This document shows positions 61,050-64,000 of a stretch of 64,000 bases of DNA, piece by piece. Position 1 is the first letter of the stretch; each line of letters begins with the position of its first letter. The DNA is from Trichinella spiralis (lineage: Eukaryota). The notes beneath the pieces were generated by a model. It did no database searches. It saw only the letters and a program-made list of their open reading frames with translations, and was not told the origin of the DNA. Both the position numbers and the translations under genes were made by a program. The stretch is from assembly GCF_000181795.1 (NCBI RefSeq), contig NW_003526940.1:2003854-2067853 (forward strand). Reading direction: 5' to 3'.

Positions 61050-62535
61050 TCAGTTTTATGCAAATATTCAAATAATGAATTGTTTGTGTTCGAAATACTT
61101 TTTTAGGTATTTTTTCAATTGAAAACATCATCAGCAGAGTGGGCGTTATTGGTGTGACTGTGATGGCCATGTTGAGCGGTTTTGGCGCCGTCAACTGCCC
61201 CTATACTTACATGTCTTACTTCATGCAGTCAGTACAGATGATAGTATCTTGTTTATTAATGTGTAATTTGATCCCATTTCAGAAATATAACCGACAGTGA
61301 TGTTCGAAATATGGAAAGGCGCTATTTGAAGACGATCGATATGATTTTGACGAAGAAAAAAAAATTACTACTCGAGCGCAGGGGATACACTAGCGTGGAA
61401 TCGCAGGCCAATTGGCTGAGATTAGTCGCCTCGTCAATAATCAGCTCTTCCGAAGGTGGATGCTTGAATTTAATTTTAATTTTAAAAAGAAAAAGTTGTT
61501 TACTATCCCAGGATCTGGTGCGTTGTTGGAAGAAGAGATTAATTATCTCGAAGAAGCGGCTCGTCAATTGCTGACAGAAATTATGGAAATGAACGACATG
61601 AAACGACGTTTGCTCTATTCGAAAACACTCCGCGGTCGATATTTCGACTTTCTTGGCTATTTTTTTTCCATCTATTGTGTTTCGAAACTTATTATGGTAA
61701 ATTGTTTTATTATTATTATTATATTTTTGATCTGTATGTATGCATTTTTTTTAATTTGTGTTGTTATTCTCCTTAGGCAACGGTGAATATTATTTTCGAC
61801 CGCGTCGGTAAAGTGGATCCCGTGACACGTGGAATTGAAATTTCTGTTCATTTAATGGGATTCGATTTTGACGTGAATTTTGCATTTTTTTTCATTTCAT
61901 TTAAAACAAAATGCCATTTTTTACAAAAATCCAATTAATTAAATTATTATTGTAGGTGAAATTTTGGACTCAGCATATTTCTTTCATTTTGGTCGGCGTT
62001 ATAGCGGTTACGTCAGTCCGAGGACTTTTGATTACTATTTCGAAAGTGAAAAAAAAACACTACAAATAAATTCTCGTTTTAATATAAATTCATAATTGTG
62101 TTTCTTCATTTTTCAGCTATTTTCAATCGTCTCTAGTGACAAGTGGTCAAACATTGTCTGTTTGTTGCTGTCCGAAGTGATGGTATGAAAATTGTATATA
62201 TATATTTTTTAAAATTAATATCAATTCTAATAATAATAATAATAATACATTGCAGGGCATGTATTTCGTATCATCTGTTTTACTGATTCGTATGAGTATG
62301 CCGGCAGAATACAGGTAACAAATGTTCGTTCTTTTTTCTTTTGTAGTTTTTATCCTTTTTTAAAAGTTTTTTTCCAAATGAAAAAAATAGATCTATAATA
62401 ACGGATGTGCTTGGCGAATTGAAGTTCAACTTTTACCATCGTTGGTTCGACGTGATTTTCTTGGTCAGCGGTCTGTCGAGCATATTTTTCCTATACATGG
62501 CCAGAAAGAAATACATACCCGATAAGGGTGACTGA
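60324..62535 (+). CDS. GPR89: Golgi pH regulator GPR89/GPHR
   Basis: [68 protein letters not shown]. Confidence 0.95.
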
Positions 62536-62677
62536 TTGAAGAAATTGACTTTGTGATTACTGGTCGTATAGGTGTGCAAAGAGTGGGTGTTTAGGGAGGG
62601 AGAAACAATTTGGTGAACACAAATAAACAAACAAACAAATTAAAGAAAAGACTACAGTGAACCCTGTGTTGTGTGTT

Positions 62678-64000
62678 TCAAGTGGTTAAAGAACCGTAAA
62701 AGCCGTCGGGCGGTCGATACGTTTCGGGCAAAAAGTTCAACTGCCACTGACGAAAAGCGTACCTTCTGGCACCGATGTTCTTGTAGGCATTTTCGATTCT
62801 GGTCCCCTGGGTGCGGATTTTTTTCAACAAATCTGCGGCCTGCTTGGTCGACAAATTGTGCTCGGCTTCCAGCAACAATTGTTCATCCAAAGTGACACCC
62901 ATCGACGTTCGATCTTTGCCACTTTTGCAGCAGACCAACACGCTGGCGTCGTCGACCAGACGACACAGGCCCATCGACTGGTGCAAAATGTCGACATTTT
63001 TGAATTGCGACTGTTCAACTTGATATTTGAGCTGGTTGAATTTCGACTCGATCGTATTGTTGCAATTCGCTTGGGATAGAAAATTTCCACTTTTCAAGTA
63101 GAGTTCAATTTGTTTGCAGGCTTTTTCGTTGATCTCGAATTCGACGTTCGCTTTTTGAAATTTCACCGCCAAAGACTGATTGAAATTGATGCCCACGTTG
63201 AACAATACCAAACAGACGTGAAACCACTCGCCAGTTTGCAATTTTTCCGGCACCAAGTGCCACCTATCCGACGGTACGGGCAAACTGACCTGCAAACAAA
63301 ACGACCTGCAAATTGCAACGCAAACATATGTACATATACACGCACGCACACATATATATATATATGTATGTGTATATGTATATATGTATATACCGTAAAC
63401 GAACCGAGGTGTCCTTCGACGACCGGCACGCAAGTGGTAGAAGCGTCGTTGAGGATCAACTTGAATCGACACTGACGTCTGGCCAGCTTGACCGCCCAGA
63501 TCATGTCTTCGAGCATGGCCATCTCGTCGGCGTTGCAGGACAAATACGAGTGGATGACGACCAGAGCGCCGCAACGGCTCCACAACTGCCCAATCGGGCG
63601 CTGGTCATTGTTCCACAGAGTATTCAACAGAGCGGCCACGACGCTGGTCAGCAGCTGGGACATGACCGCGCCCGAGCGATAGAAGGTGGAATAGAATTTG
63701 CCCGCCTGCGACGAGCCGTCCAAGCGGAGCAGCATGGCCAGCAAGTAGCTGTGCGTGAGCGTCGCCTGCAACGACTGGAGACGGTCGAGAACCAAATTCG
63801 AGCCGTGTCGAAGTTGTTCGATTAGTTGCGATCGACTACTAGTAGTGGGATGGTGGTCGACGACAAGTGGATCCGACTGTTCGGCCGCCAAAATCGGTAC
63901 CACGTTTTCGATTTTCGTGTGCAACGAGGCGAGTTCGGCTTCGAAATCGTCGCTGTTCGACCGGAAGCTTTCCACACGCCACCGACGCCCCTGGTCAACA
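62678..64000 (-). CDS. INPP4: Inositol polyphosphate 4-phosphatase type I (3' part; intron 63290-63393)
   Basis: SYLSCNADEMAMLEDM, LFNVGIN, CX5R motif CKSGKDRTSMGVTL, GTRIEN..KNIG..YAF..YRPPDG. Confidence 0.93.

Overview
Eukaryotic, AT-rich, intron-dense sequence. Gene content, ~50-90 nt introns and TTTCAG acceptors suggest a nematode, most plausibly a clade I species such as Trichinella (inference). 1-7 kb: a Cys-loop anion channel gene (ACC/LGC-like) with an intronic tRNA-Phe, and a HAPSTR1/C16orf72-like gene. About 10-32.3 kb: a transposon-dense island containing a BEL/Pao remnant, a CAGTC-ended MITE family, a piggyBac remnant, two MULE transposase copies, a 158-bp TIR pair and a full-length Gypsy (Mag-like) element with LTRs and TSD. 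The island carries three intact, intronless, protein-identical copies of a divergent REEP5/DP1/Yop1 gene in direct and inverted arrangement, with signs of gene conversion and with duplication breakpoints at MITE sequence. 33-64 kb: conserved housekeeping genes (CNDP2, USP5/13, pecanex, an apparently truncated Maf, COG8, OSBPL8/ORP8, GPR89, INPP4). Three N gaps at 19.8-22.3 kb limit interpretation of the repeat island. All alignments were done by eye.
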